DNA from: Chloroflexota bacterium
GTDB lineage: Bacteria > Chloroflexota > Limnocylindria > QHBO01
Length of the DNA stretch: 51,677 nt
Assembly: GCA_052388515.1 (NCBI GenBank)
Contig: JBQTHZ010000133.1
Location: 1-51,677, forward strand
Direction: 5' to 3'
A program made the translations under genes and the position numbers. Below are positions 18,669 through 27,281 of the stretch, piece by piece (the first letter of the stretch is position 1; each line of letters begins with the position of its first letter). Below the pieces are notes generated by a model. It searched no databases and was not told the origin of the DNA. It saw only the letters and a list, made by a program, of their open reading frames with translations.

Positions 18669-19928
18669 ATGGCCAGGACGATTCCGGTTCCGCGCGGAAC
18701 GCGTGACCTGCTGCCCGAGGAGACGCCCGCGTGGGATCGGGTGGAGGCGGTCGCCCGTGACCTCAGCCGACGCTATGCCCTCGAGCGCATCGAGATCCCG
18801 CTCTTCGAGCGAATCGAGCTCTTCACTCGGGGCCTGGGGGAGTCATCAGACACGGTCGAGAAGGAGATGTTCCGGGTGGCCGGCGCGAAGGGCAGCGAGG
18901 AGGAGGCAGCACCCTGGGCGCTCCGACCCGAGCCGACCGCCGGGATCGTTCGCGCCTTCATCGAGCACGGCATGCACGTGCGACCCGGGCCGCAGCGGCT
19001 GACCCTCATCGGTCCCATGTTCCGCTACGACCGGCCGCAGGCCGGGCGCTTCCGCCAGTTCAGCCAATGGGATGTCGAGGTCATCGGCGACGCCGGGCCG
19101 GCCGTCGACGCCGAGCTCATCGAGCTCGGTCATCGGTTCTACGCGGAGGTCGGCCTGGCCGACGTCGTCGCCCGCGTCAACTCGATCGGCGATGCGGAGT
19201 GTCGGCCGGCGTATCGGGAGGTCCTCATCCGCTACTTCAGCGCCCACGAGGATCGCCTCAGCGACGATTCGCGGCGCCGCCTGCGAGTCAACCCGCTGCG
19301 GGTGCTCGACGACAAGGAGCTCCCGGCCGACCTGGCCGCCGAGGCGCCGCGCGGCATCGACCACCTGTGCAACGCCTGCCGCGAGCACTTCGAGGCGGTC
19401 CGCGCGCTGCTCGATGCGCTGGGAGTACGCCACGAACTTGACCACCGGCTGGTGCGCGGGCTCGACTACTACACGCGCACGGCGTTCGAGTTCTACGTGG
19501 CCGGGCGCGAGGGGCAGCAGCAGGCGCTCGGTGGCGGCGGCCGCTACGACGGGCTGGTGGAGCTGCTCGGAGGACGGCCGACCCCCGGGATCGGCTTCGG
19601 ACTCGGGCTCGATCGGATGATCCTGGCCATGAGCGAGCAGGGCGTCGTGCTGCCCTCCCGCCGGCCGCTGGTCGCCATCGTCGGCAGCGGGGACGATCAG
19701 GCCAGCCGCCTGCGGGTCGCGGCCGCTCTGCGCGAGGCCGGCGTGGCCGTACGTCCGGATGGATCGACCCGCAAGCTGGGAAAACAGCTCGAGTCGGCCG
19801 CGAAGGCCGGGGCGCGGTGGGCCGTCATCGTCGAGGAGGGGGAGACCGTCACGCTGAAGGACCTGTCCAGCGGCGAGCAGCAGGATGCGCTCGCCATCGA
19901 AACAGTCGTGGCGGCCGTCAGCGGATGA
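18669..19928 (+). CDS. hisS: histidine--tRNA ligase
   Basis: PRGTRD, LRPEPTAG, MFRYDRPQAGRFRQF, LVRGLDYY, GGGRYDGL, GFGLGLDR. Confidence 0.97.
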   Translation: MARTIPVPRGTRDLLPEETPAWDRVEAVARDLSRRYALERIEIPLFERIELFTRGLGESSDTVEKEMFRVAGAKGSEEEAAPWALRPEPTAGIVRAFIEHGMHVRPGPQRLTLIGPMFRYDRPQAGRFRQFSQWDVEVIGDAGPAVDAELIELGHRFYAEVGLADVVARVNSIGDAECRPAYREVLIRYFSAHEDRLSDDSRRRLRVNPLRVLDDKELPADLAAEAPRGIDHLCNACREHFEAVRALLDALGVRHELDHRLVRGLDYYTRTAFEFYVAGREGQQQALGGGGRYDGLVELLGGRPTPGIGFGLGLDRMILAMSEQGVVLPSRRPLVAIVGSGDDQASRLRVAAALREAGVAVRPDGSTRKLGKQLESAAKAGARWAVIVEEGETVTLKDLSSGEQQDALAIETVVAAVSG

Positions 19929-20733
19929 AGCCGCTTGCGATCGTGATGGTGATGCTGGCCACGATGCCCATCAGGACCACCATCACCACGATGCCGGCCG
20001 TATAGCCGAACGCGTACCGCCGTGGCCGGTCGCCGAGATCGTCGCGGACGGCGGCAAGGGGGCCGACCGCGTCCCCGCCAGACATGGCCGCTCGTCGAGC
20101 GTCGGCGGCGGCGACCATGGCGCGGGCGGCAAGACGGCGCTCCTCGTCCTCGATCGCCTCCGCCGCACGGCGCATCTCGTCGCGGTTCCCCGGCGCATCC
20201 GACCACCAGGCGACCCATTCGGTGAGCGCCGCGCGCTCGAATCGTTGCCACGGGGTGTCGTTCGGGAGCAGCGCCAGCCGCTCGCGCGCCTCGTCGATCC
20301 GCCCGTTGGCGGCGAGCAGCTCAATGCGCAGCGGTCGCAGGCCCATGGTGTCGGGCAGCGCATCGACCATGGCAGGGGTGGCGCGTGGCAGCGCCGTCAG
20401 CCGTCGCCCGAGCTCGCCCTGCCAGCGTTCGGTCTCCCAGCCGTTGAGCCAGGTCATCACGTCGTGGGCGCGCCGGACGGCCCCCGGCTGCACGAGCAGC
20501 CAGAGCGGAGCCATGACCGCCACGAAGACGGTGGCATCGACGAGCTGGCGCATCGGTGTCCCGAGGACGCCGAACAGGAGCCCATCGGCGACGTACGCAG
20601 CGATCAGGCCAGCTGTGAGGCCGACGACCGCCGGCCGGATGGGACCGATCGACTCCGCTCGCCGGAAGGCCTCGCTCAACGCGCGCATGCGCGGGTGCGG
20701 CTCGGGCGCGGCGGGACGGCGACGGCGGAACAT
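19918..20733 (-). CDS. hypothetical membrane protein
   Basis: Two N-terminal TM segments, helical middle, C-terminal TM; fills the hisS-aspS gap; TATCAT box 9 nt before ATG 20733. Confidence 0.7.
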   Translation of the reverse strand: MFRRRRPAAPEPHPRMRALSEAFRRAESIGPIRPAVVGLTAGLIAAYVADGLLFGVLGTPMRQLVDATVFVAVMAPLWLLVQPGAVRRAHDVMTWLNGWETERWQGELGRRLTALPRATPAMVDALPDTMGLRPLRIELLAANGRIDEARERLALLPNDTPWQRFERAALTEWVAWWSDAPGNRDEMRRAAEAIEDEERRLAARAMVAAADARRAAMSGGDAVGPLAAVRDDLGDRPRRYAFGYTAGIVVMVVLMGIVASITITIASGFIR

Positions 20734-20780
20734 CGGCGAGGCATGATAGCCCGCTCTCATCGGCTACCATGGCCGCTCCC

Positions 20781-22565
20781 ATGAGCACCGGCCTCCGTAC
20801 CCACACCTGTGGCGAGCTGCGCGCCGAGCATGTCGGCGAGCGCGTGGCGTTGGCCGGCTGGGTGCATCGGCGCCGCGACCACGGCCATCTTGCCTTCTTC
20901 GATCTGCGCGACCGTCACGGGATCACCCAGGTCGTCACGAATGCCGAGGACGCCGCCGACGCGCATGCCGCCGCCGAGCCGGCTCGCAACGAGTGGGTCA
21001 TCCAGGTCGAGGGCGTCGTGCGCGCGCGGCCCGATGGCACGACCAACGCGGAGCTGGCCACGGGCGCGGTCGAGGTCGCGGTGGATCGGTTCGTGGTGCT
21101 GAACCCGTCGAAAGTGCCGCCGTTCTACATCAACGAGGTGCAGCCCGGCCTCGATGAGGCGCTGAGGCTGAAGCATCGGTACCTGGACCTCCGTCGACCG
21201 CCGATGCAGGCCCGCATGCTGCTCCGATCGCGCCTGGCCTCGGCCATCCGCGGTGCGCTCGAGAACGAGGGATTCGTCGAGATCGAGACGCCGACGCTCA
21301 TCAGGTCGACACCGGAGGGGGCGCGCGACTTCGTGGTGCCGTCGCGCCTGCGTCCGGGGGAGTTCTACGCGCTTCCTCAGTCGCCGCAGGTGCTCAAGCA
21401 GCTGCTCATGGTGGCCGGCTACGACCGCTACTACCAGCTGGCGCACGCCTACCGCGATGAAGACGGCGGCCGCGCGGATCGCCAGCCGGAGCACACCCAG
21501 GTCGACATCGAAATGAGCTTCGTGACCGAGGAGGACGTCATCTCGACCGTCGAGCGCGTGATCACCCGTGTCGCGAAGGAAGTCCTCCCGGCTCGGCCGA
21601 TCCTGGCCGAGCCCTTCCCGCGCTTGAGCTACGCCGAGGCCATGGACCGCTACGGATCCGACAAGCCCGACGTCCGCTTCGGCCTGGAGCTGGTCGACCT
21701 GACCGATGCGGTCCGCGATATCGACTTTCGCGTCTTCTCCGAGCCGATCGCGGCGGGTGGCGCGGTCTTCGGCATCGCGGCGCCCGGCTGCGGCGATTAC
21801 TCTCGCAAGCAGCTCGATGAGCTGATCGATCTCGCCAAGCGTCACGGCGCGAAGGGCCTCGTCCACCTGTCCGTCAGCGCCGATGGAGCGCTTCACGGTC
21901 CGGCGGCGAAGTTCCTGGAGGGGCGTGAGGCTGCGCTCGCGGGCGCCACGAGCGCTTCGGCCGGTGACCTGGTGCTGATCGTCGCCGATGCCGACCGTGT
22001 CGCGGGCGCGGAGGCGCTGGGCCACGTGCGCCTCGCGATGGGCGATCGACTCGGCCTGCGCCAGCCCGGCGTCCTCTCGTACGTGTGGGTGCATCGGTTC
22101 CCGATGTTCACCTGGGACGATGAAGGGCAGCGCTGGGATGCGACGCACAACCCGTTCAGCGCGCCGGCTCCCGAGGATCTCGACCGACTCGAGTCGGATC
22201 CGGGATCGGTGCACGCGCAGCAGTACGACCTGGCGCTCAATGGCTGGGAGTCGGGCGGCGGATCGATCCGGATTCACCAGCGCGACCTGCTCGAGCGGGC
22301 ATTCGCGCTCATGGGCCACACGCTGGAAGGCATGCGCGACCAGTTCGGCGCGCTCCTCGACGCCCTCGAGTACGGTGCCCCGCCGCACGGCGGGATTGCC
22401 ATCGGCCTCGACCGGTGGGCCGCCCTCTTTGCCGAGGTGGACAACATCCGCGAGGTGATGGCCTTCCCGAAGACCCAGTCCGGCACGGATCTCATGCTGG
22501 ACGCACCCTCACCGATCGCTGCAGAGCAGCTCGACGAGCTCCACTTGCGCATCGTCGAGGAATAG
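20781..22565 (+). CDS. aspS: aspartate--tRNA ligase, probably non-discriminating Asp/Asn
   Basis: RTHTCGELR, RRRDHG, STPEGARDF, LPQSPQ, GSDKPD, GAKGL, GGGSIRIH, GAPPHGG, AFPKT; alternative start 20769. Confidence 0.96.
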   Translation: MSTGLRTHTCGELRAEHVGERVALAGWVHRRRDHGHLAFFDLRDRHGITQVVTNAEDAADAHAAAEPARNEWVIQVEGVVRARPDGTTNAELATGAVEVAVDRFVVLNPSKVPPFYINEVQPGLDEALRLKHRYLDLRRPPMQARMLLRSRLASAIRGALENEGFVEIETPTLIRSTPEGARDFVVPSRLRPGEFYALPQSPQVLKQLLMVAGYDRYYQLAHAYRDEDGGRADRQPEHTQVDIEMSFVTEEDVISTVERVITRVAKEVLPARPILAEPFPRLSYAEAMDRYGSDKPDVRFGLELVDLTDAVRDIDFRVFSEPIAAGGAVFGIAAPGCGDYSRKQLDELIDLAKRHGAKGLVHLSVSADGALHGPAAKFLEGREAALAGATSASAGDLVLIVADADRVAGAEALGHVRLAMGDRLGLRQPGVLSYVWVHRFPMFTWDDEGQRWDATHNPFSAPAPEDLDRLESDPGSVHAQQYDLALNGWESGGGSIRIHQRDLLERAFALMGHTLEGMRDQFGALLDALEYGAPPHGGIAIGLDRWAALFAEVDNIREVMAFPKTQSGTDLMLDAPSPIAAEQLDELHLRIVEE

Positions 22566-22596
22566 CCGCCGGGTTCGGTGGCTGCCGGCGCGGGCC

Positions 22597-22726
22597 GGGT
22601 TGCCATTTTTCGCTCACAGCGATACTAGGCGGGATCAGGCGCGACTCGGGCGCTGGCTGAGCTTGGACTTTCGCGCGGGCGAGCCGAGATGGCCTCCTAA
22701 CGTCGCTCACAGCGCAGGATGGCAGC
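22597..22726. repeat. degenerate ~125-bp repeat unit, copy 1
   Basis: ttgccat..cgctcacagcgat..tag at 22600 and ggcctcctaac-nn-cgctcacagcg..atggca at 22691; same 91-nt offset as copy 2. Confidence 0.7.
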
Positions 22727-22774
22727 ATCGGTCGGAGAAGCCGCGCGGCGCGTCCACGGCCCAGCCCGCTGGAA

Positions 22775-23193
22775 ATGTGGTCTGGTTGTTCCGTCTTGCC
22801 TGAGGCCGCGCCCATCGCCGGTCCAGTCGATCCAGGGGCGGAGATGACGCCTGACCTGATGGTCGCGGATCCGGCAGTCATTTCACCAAACGGCGTCGTG
22901 TCGCTGACGTTCCCCAAGGGCACGGATCGTGGTGTCCTGTTCGTCCGCGAGCGACGCATCGGTGATTCGTGGGCGCATGTGTACGACCTGTTGTCGGACG
23001 TCCAGGCGAAGGTTGGCAGCGTTCATCGCATTCGGTTGGTGCCAGGCCGATGGCCGTCCCAACGATCGGCGTCGGTGGGCCGGGGCCGGATCGCATGTCG
23101 ATCCCCGAGACCGTCGAGGTTGGCGAGTACCGCATCTGCACCGGCAATGCTGGCGAGAACTTCTGCACCCCGATCGAGATCATCGCTCCCTGA
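22775..23193 (+). pseudogene. frameshifted hypothetical (possibly lipoprotein/Ig-like) protein
   Basis: Frame of 22775 reads protein-like to YDLLSD; frame of 22969 continues PGEGWQR...GEYRICTGNAGENFCTPIEIIAP*; one base missing near 23000 would join them. Confidence 0.55.
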
Positions 23194-23197
23194 TGCG

Positions 23198-23581
23198 TCA
23201 TGCATCCGCGGGGAGGTAGCTCCCGTCCGAGTCGTGGGTTTCGCGACCTGTGAGAGCCGGGTTGAAGACACAGACCAGGCGCAGCGGCGAGATCACGCGG
23301 ATGGAATGACGGTCGTGCTCCGGCGCATAGACCGATCCAGGACCGATGCGGTGCACGACGCCGGTGTCGCGCTCGGTGATCTCGGCCTGGCCCTCGATGC
23401 AGTAGCAGGCCTCGTTGTGGTGCTTGTACCAGAGGTCCATGCTCGCGCCGCCGTCGACGGTCGTCTCGGACAACGAGAAGCCAAGGCCGTCGTCGCGCAC
23501 CAGGAGCCGTTGTGCGCGCCAGCCGTGCCCGCGAACGTCGCGCTCTGTCCCACTGGTTTCCTCGAGCGTTCGAACGATCAA
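23198..23581 (-). CDS. ectC: ectoine synthase family protein (solitary)
   Basis: MIVRTLEE, W..xRLL..DGLGFS, WYKHHNEACYCIEG, HDRH, CVFNPALTGRETHD..GSY; TTG start with GAAGGAAGG RBS. Confidence 0.9.
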   Translation of the reverse strand: MIVRTLEETSGTERDVRGHGWRAQRLLVRDDGLGFSLSETTVDGGASMDLWYKHHNEACYCIEGQAEITERDTGVVHRIGPGSVYAPEHDRHSIRVISPLRLVCVFNPALTGRETHDSDGSYLPADA

Positions 23582-23610
23582 TGTCGCCCCTTCCTTCGGC
23601 TGTTCTCAAA

Positions 23611-23659
23611 GTCGCCCGTGGCATGTCGCCCGTGGCATGTCGCCCGTCGCACGTCGCCG
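23611..23659. repeat. 14-bp tandem repeat (gtcgcccgtggcat), about 3.5 copies
   Basis: Exact at 23611 and 23625, variant at 23639, partial at 23653. Confidence 0.9.
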
Positions 23660-23668
23660 TAGCCGAAC

Positions 23669-23796
23669 TTGCCATATTCCGTATACAGCGATGGTAGACG
23701 GCATGGTCGGCCGAATTGCGTGGCGTGTGAGCAGGGATGGGTCCGGATTTCCGGCCGCGGGCCTCCTAACACCGCTCACAGCGGTGCATGGCAACC
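23669..23796. repeat. degenerate ~125-bp repeat unit, copy 2
   Basis: 25/33 identity to 22600-22632 and 22/24 identity to 22691-22714 by manual alignment; bounded by ttgccat/atggcaa; extra sub-repeat at 23822-23844. Confidence 0.7.
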
Positions 23797-23931
23797 TAGC
23801 AGGACCTGAGCCCACGTACTCACGCTCACCGCGGTGGATGCCAAGATTCGCCACGCAGCGCCGCGCGCGCCGGAGACGCTCAAGCGAGCGTGCCTGCCGC
23901 GCTCCAGACTGCCCACGGCTATCATCAAGGC

Positions 23932-25092
23932 ATGGCCGTGTACCTTGATCACGCCGCGACCTCGCCCCTGCGCCCGGAGGTGCTGGAGGCGATGCTGCCG
24001 TACCTCACGAAGCACGGCGGCAATCCCTCGAGCCTCCATGCGTCGGGTCGCCGCGCCCGCCAGGGCGTCGACGAGGCGCGCGAGCTCGTCGCGCAGCGCA
24101 TCGGCGCACAGCCACGCGAGATCGTCTTCACCGCCGGTGGCACGGAAGCCGACAACCTGGCGGTCAAGGGCGTCGCCTGGGCGGCCACCCCCCGCGGGCG
24201 CCACATCATCACGACCGCCGTCGAGCACAAGGCGGTGCTGAACGCGACCGCCGTCCTGGAGCGCAGCGGCTTCGAGGTGACCGTCCTGCCGGTGGACCGA
24301 TACGGACGCGTCGACCCGATCGACGTCGCCGCGGCACTCACCGAACGAACGACGCTGGTCAGCGTGATGGCCGCAAACAACGAGGTGGGCACGCTCCAGC
24401 CGATTGCCGCAATCGGCGAGATCGTGCGCGGGCACGGCGCCAGGCTGCACGTCGACGCGATCCAGTACGCAGCCCACGAGGCGATCGATGTCAACGCATG
24501 GCAGGCCGATCTCGTCAGCCTGTCGGCGCACAAGCTCGGTGGTCCGCAGGGCGTCGGCGCGCTCTTCGTGCGCCGCGGAACCCAGATGCTGCCGCAGCTG
24601 CAGGGGGGCTCGCAGGAGCGACAGCGCCGGGCGGGGACCGAGAACGTGGCCGGGATCGTCGGATTCGGCGCGGCCATCAACCGGCCCCTTGTGGCGGCCA
24701 CGTCTCGCCTGCGCGAGGTCTGCGGCCGCCTTCGCGATGGCCTCCTCGCATTCGACGGCATCACCCTCACCGGTCACCACGAGGATCGGCTGCCGAACAA
24801 CGTGAGCGTGGTGATCGACGGCGTCGAGGGCGGCGACCTGGTGGCGGCGCTCGACCTCGAGGGTATCGAGACCTCGACCGGGAGTGCGTGCACCTCGGGC
24901 AGCACCGAACCGAGTCACGTGCTGCTGGCGATGGGCATCGATCCACACCTGGCCCACGGCTCGCTGCGCCTGACACTTGGCCCGGAGACCTCGGAATCCG
25001 ATGCCGAGGTCACGTTGGCAGCGATGCAGACCGTCCTGCCGAGGCTGCGGAGCGCTGTCGGTCTTCAGCCGAAGGCGACGGTGCCCGCATGA
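23932..25092 (+). CDS. iscS: cysteine desulfurase
   Basis: YLDHAATSP, GNPSSLH, FTAGGTEADN, ANNEVGT, SAHKLGGPQG, RAGTEN, STGSAC. Confidence 0.93.
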   Translation: MAVYLDHAATSPLRPEVLEAMLPYLTKHGGNPSSLHASGRRARQGVDEARELVAQRIGAQPREIVFTAGGTEADNLAVKGVAWAATPRGRHIITTAVEHKAVLNATAVLERSGFEVTVLPVDRYGRVDPIDVAAALTERTTLVSVMAANNEVGTLQPIAAIGEIVRGHGARLHVDAIQYAAHEAIDVNAWQADLVSLSAHKLGGPQGVGALFVRRGTQMLPQLQGGSQERQRRAGTENVAGIVGFGAAINRPLVAATSRLREVCGRLRDGLLAFDGITLTGHHEDRLPNNVSVVIDGVEGGDLVAALDLEGIETSTGSACTSGSTEPSHVLLAMGIDPHLAHGSLRLTLGPETSESDAEVTLAAMQTVLPRLRSAVGLQPKATVPA

Positions 25093-26174
25093 GCCGGATC
25101 GTGGCCGCCATGAGCGGCGGCGTGGATTCGTCGGTCGCCGCTGCGCTGCTGGCGAAGGAACGTGGCAAGAACGAGGTGATCGGCGTCTGGATGCGCACCC
25201 ACGGCGAGATGCCGGAGGGCTACGAGCAGTCGCGGTCCTGCTGCTCGCCCGATGCGGCCGACGATGCCCGGCGCGTCGCGCAGCTGATCGACATCCCGTT
25301 CTTCACGCTCAACGTGGAGAAGGAGTTCGGGGCCCGGGTGATCGATGCGTTCGTCGACTCCTACCTGGATGGATCGACGCCGAATCCGTGCCAGGCCTGC
25401 AACCAGTACATCAAGTTCGACGAGCTCCTTCGTCGTGGTCTCGCCGCCTACGGAGCCGATGCGGTCGCCACCGGCCACTACGCGCGCCTCGAGCAGCGTG
25501 ACGGTCGATGGCGCCTCATGCGCGCCGCCGATGCCGACAAGGACCAGACCTACTTCCTGTGGGTGCTCGACCAGGAGCAGCTCGCGCGGACGCGCTTCCC
25601 GCTGGGCGACCTCACGAAGCCGGAGGTCCGCGCCATGGCCGCCGAGCTGACCCTGCCCACGGCGCAGAAGCCGGAGAGCCAGGAGATCTGCTTCGTTCCG
25701 CTCGGCGACTACCGTGCCCTGCTGGAGGAGCGACGCGGGTATGCCGGCGATCCCGGTCCGATCGTCGACGCCGACGGCACGCGCGTCGGCACCCACACCG
25801 GCTACGCGCACTACACGGTCGGCCAGCGCCATGGCCTGGGCGTCGCGCTCGGCGAGGCGGTGTATGTCCGCGAGGTCCAGCCGGCCACCAACACCGTCGT
25901 CATCGGCCGCCGCCAGGAGGTCGCTCAGCACTCGTTCACCGTCGACGGCGCGCGATTCACCGCCGGCGAGCCGCCGAGGGAGCGCTTCGATGCATCGGTC
26001 CGTATTCGTCACAGGGCGCCGGACGTCTCCGCCGAGGTGACCATGGTCGGCCGAGATCGGTTCCTGGTGGAGACGGCCGAGCCGGTGTGGGCGCCGGCCG
26101 CCGGCCAGGCTGCGGTGCTGTACGACCGCGCGGAGTGCCTCGGCGGGGGACGCATCGTTCGCTCCGACGGCTAG
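25089..26174 (+). CDS. mnmA: tRNA 2-thiouridine(34) synthase MnmA
   Basis: AMSGGVDSS, SCCS, TPNPCQACN, ATGHY, KDQTYFL, ESQEICF, GQAAVLY, LGGG. Confidence 0.97.
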   Translation: MSRIVAAMSGGVDSSVAAALLAKERGKNEVIGVWMRTHGEMPEGYEQSRSCCSPDAADDARRVAQLIDIPFFTLNVEKEFGARVIDAFVDSYLDGSTPNPCQACNQYIKFDELLRRGLAAYGADAVATGHYARLEQRDGRWRLMRAADADKDQTYFLWVLDQEQLARTRFPLGDLTKPEVRAMAAELTLPTAQKPESQEICFVPLGDYRALLEERRGYAGDPGPIVDADGTRVGTHTGYAHYTVGQRHGLGVALGEAVYVREVQPATNTVVIGRRQEVAQHSFTVDGARFTAGEPPRERFDASVRIRHRAPDVSAEVTMVGRDRFLVETAEPVWAPAAGQAAVLYDRAECLGGGRIVRSDG

Positions 26175-26189
26175 GCGCCAGCCTGCTCG

Positions 26190-26462
26190 ATGCCTCCGTG
26201 GCTCGTCTGGGTCCCCATCCTGGCCCTCATCAACCTGCTGCTCTTCATCGCGGTGCGCGGCCGGTGGGGGAAGAGCGTGCTGGTTCTGGCGATCGCGGCC
26301 GTCATCGGCGTCGTCATCGGCGACCAGGTCGCGGGCCTCACGCAGCTCGAGGTCCTGCGCATCGGCGACATGCATGTTGTCGCCGCGTCAGTGGGCGCGC
26401 AGCTGTTCATGGTGGCGTTCACCCTGCTCGGCGCTCTCGGCCCGATCCGCGTGGAGGAGTAG
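26190..26462 (+). CDS. small hypothetical membrane protein
   Basis: Three hydrophobic segments, co-oriented with mnmA. Confidence 0.7.
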   Translation: MPPWLVWVPILALINLLLFIAVRGRWGKSVLVLAIAAVIGVVIGDQVAGLTQLEVLRIGDMHVVAASVGAQLFMVAFTLLGALGPIRVEE

Positions 26463-26573
26463 CACGGTCACGTCCGGCATGGAAGTTGTCTCGTTTATCT
26501 GGCCAGCTTTCATCATCAGGCCTGGGTCGGGGAACGGCCGAACGCGGCGATGTGGCCGGTGTAGAGTCGCGCG

Positions 26574-26945
26574 ATGGACTTCGCCCTGGCTATCTTCAAC
26601 ATCGGTGCCGGGCTCGGCGTGCTGGCCGCCGGAGGTGCGCTCGTCTACCTGGCCTGGCGGACGACGCCGCTCATCAAGGAGTCGCGGGCGCTCACGTCGG
26701 ATCTCCGACGACTGGCCCGCACGACCGACGCGGAACTGCGACCGATCCTGGCGCACGCACGCGAGCTCACGAGCAACGTCGAGGTTCTGAGCGAGGACGC
26801 TGCGGTCAAGCTCGACCGCCTGACGGACCTGATGAACAGCCTCCAGCACAGCCTCGACACCGTCCAGATCACCGCCGGTCCGCGACGGCCCGAGGTGCGG
26901 TCGGTAGAATCGTGGGAAACGCGAGAGGACTCATCGGACACATGA
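26574..26945 (+). CDS. DUF948/YoxC-like membrane-anchored coiled-coil protein
   Basis: N-terminal TM plus helical heptads; overlaps YtxH gene, a common pairing. Confidence 0.6.
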   Translation: MDFALAIFNIGAGLGVLAAGGALVYLAWRTTPLIKESRALTSDLRRLARTTDAELRPILAHARELTSNVEVLSEDAAVKLDRLTDLMNSLQHSLDTVQITAGPRRPEVRSVESWETREDSSDT

Positions 26946-27199
26946 AGGACTCCGGATTCGGCAGCTTCCTGGCCGGTGTCGTGATCGGCGGGCTGATCGG
27001 CGCCGCGCTGGGGCTGATCCTGGCCCCGCAGACCGGCGAGGAATTCCGAGAGCACGTCAACGACTTCGTGGAGAACAAGCGCGCCGAGATCGGCGATGCC
27101 GTCAACGAGGGGCGCCAGGCCGCCGAGCAGGCGCGCGCCGAGATGGTCACCGATTACGACGCCCATGCCGGCGCGCGGCCCGAGGGCGCCGCCTCCTGA
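26942..27199 (+). CDS. YtxH domain protein
   Basis: FLAGVVIGGLIGAALGLILAPQTGEEFR signature. Confidence 0.88.
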   Translation: MKDSGFGSFLAGVVIGGLIGAALGLILAPQTGEEFREHVNDFVENKRAEIGDAVNEGRQAAEQARAEMVTDYDAHAGARPEGAAS

Positions 27200-27232
27200 C
27201 TCCCGTCTGAACCCACGACCGCAGATCAGCGC

Positions 27233-27261
27233 ACGAGAGCCGGTGGGTCGCCGGCTCTCGT
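27233..27261. other. GC-rich hairpin upstream of alaS
   Basis: Perfect 11-bp inverted repeat acgagagccgg/ccggctctcgt; no U-tract. Confidence 0.6.
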
Positions 27262-27281
27262 CGTGAACGAAGGATGAACCG

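Noticed and set aside
22597-23845. CRISPR array or integron attC sites
   Set aside because: Repeats too degenerate and irregular, no cas or intI gene; cctaac resembles an attC R'' box but no matching GTTRRRY end was found
27200-27281. T-box riboswitch before alaS
   Set aside because: Leader only ~80 nt, no T-box consensus (GGTGGnACC) and no U-tract; only a simple hairpin
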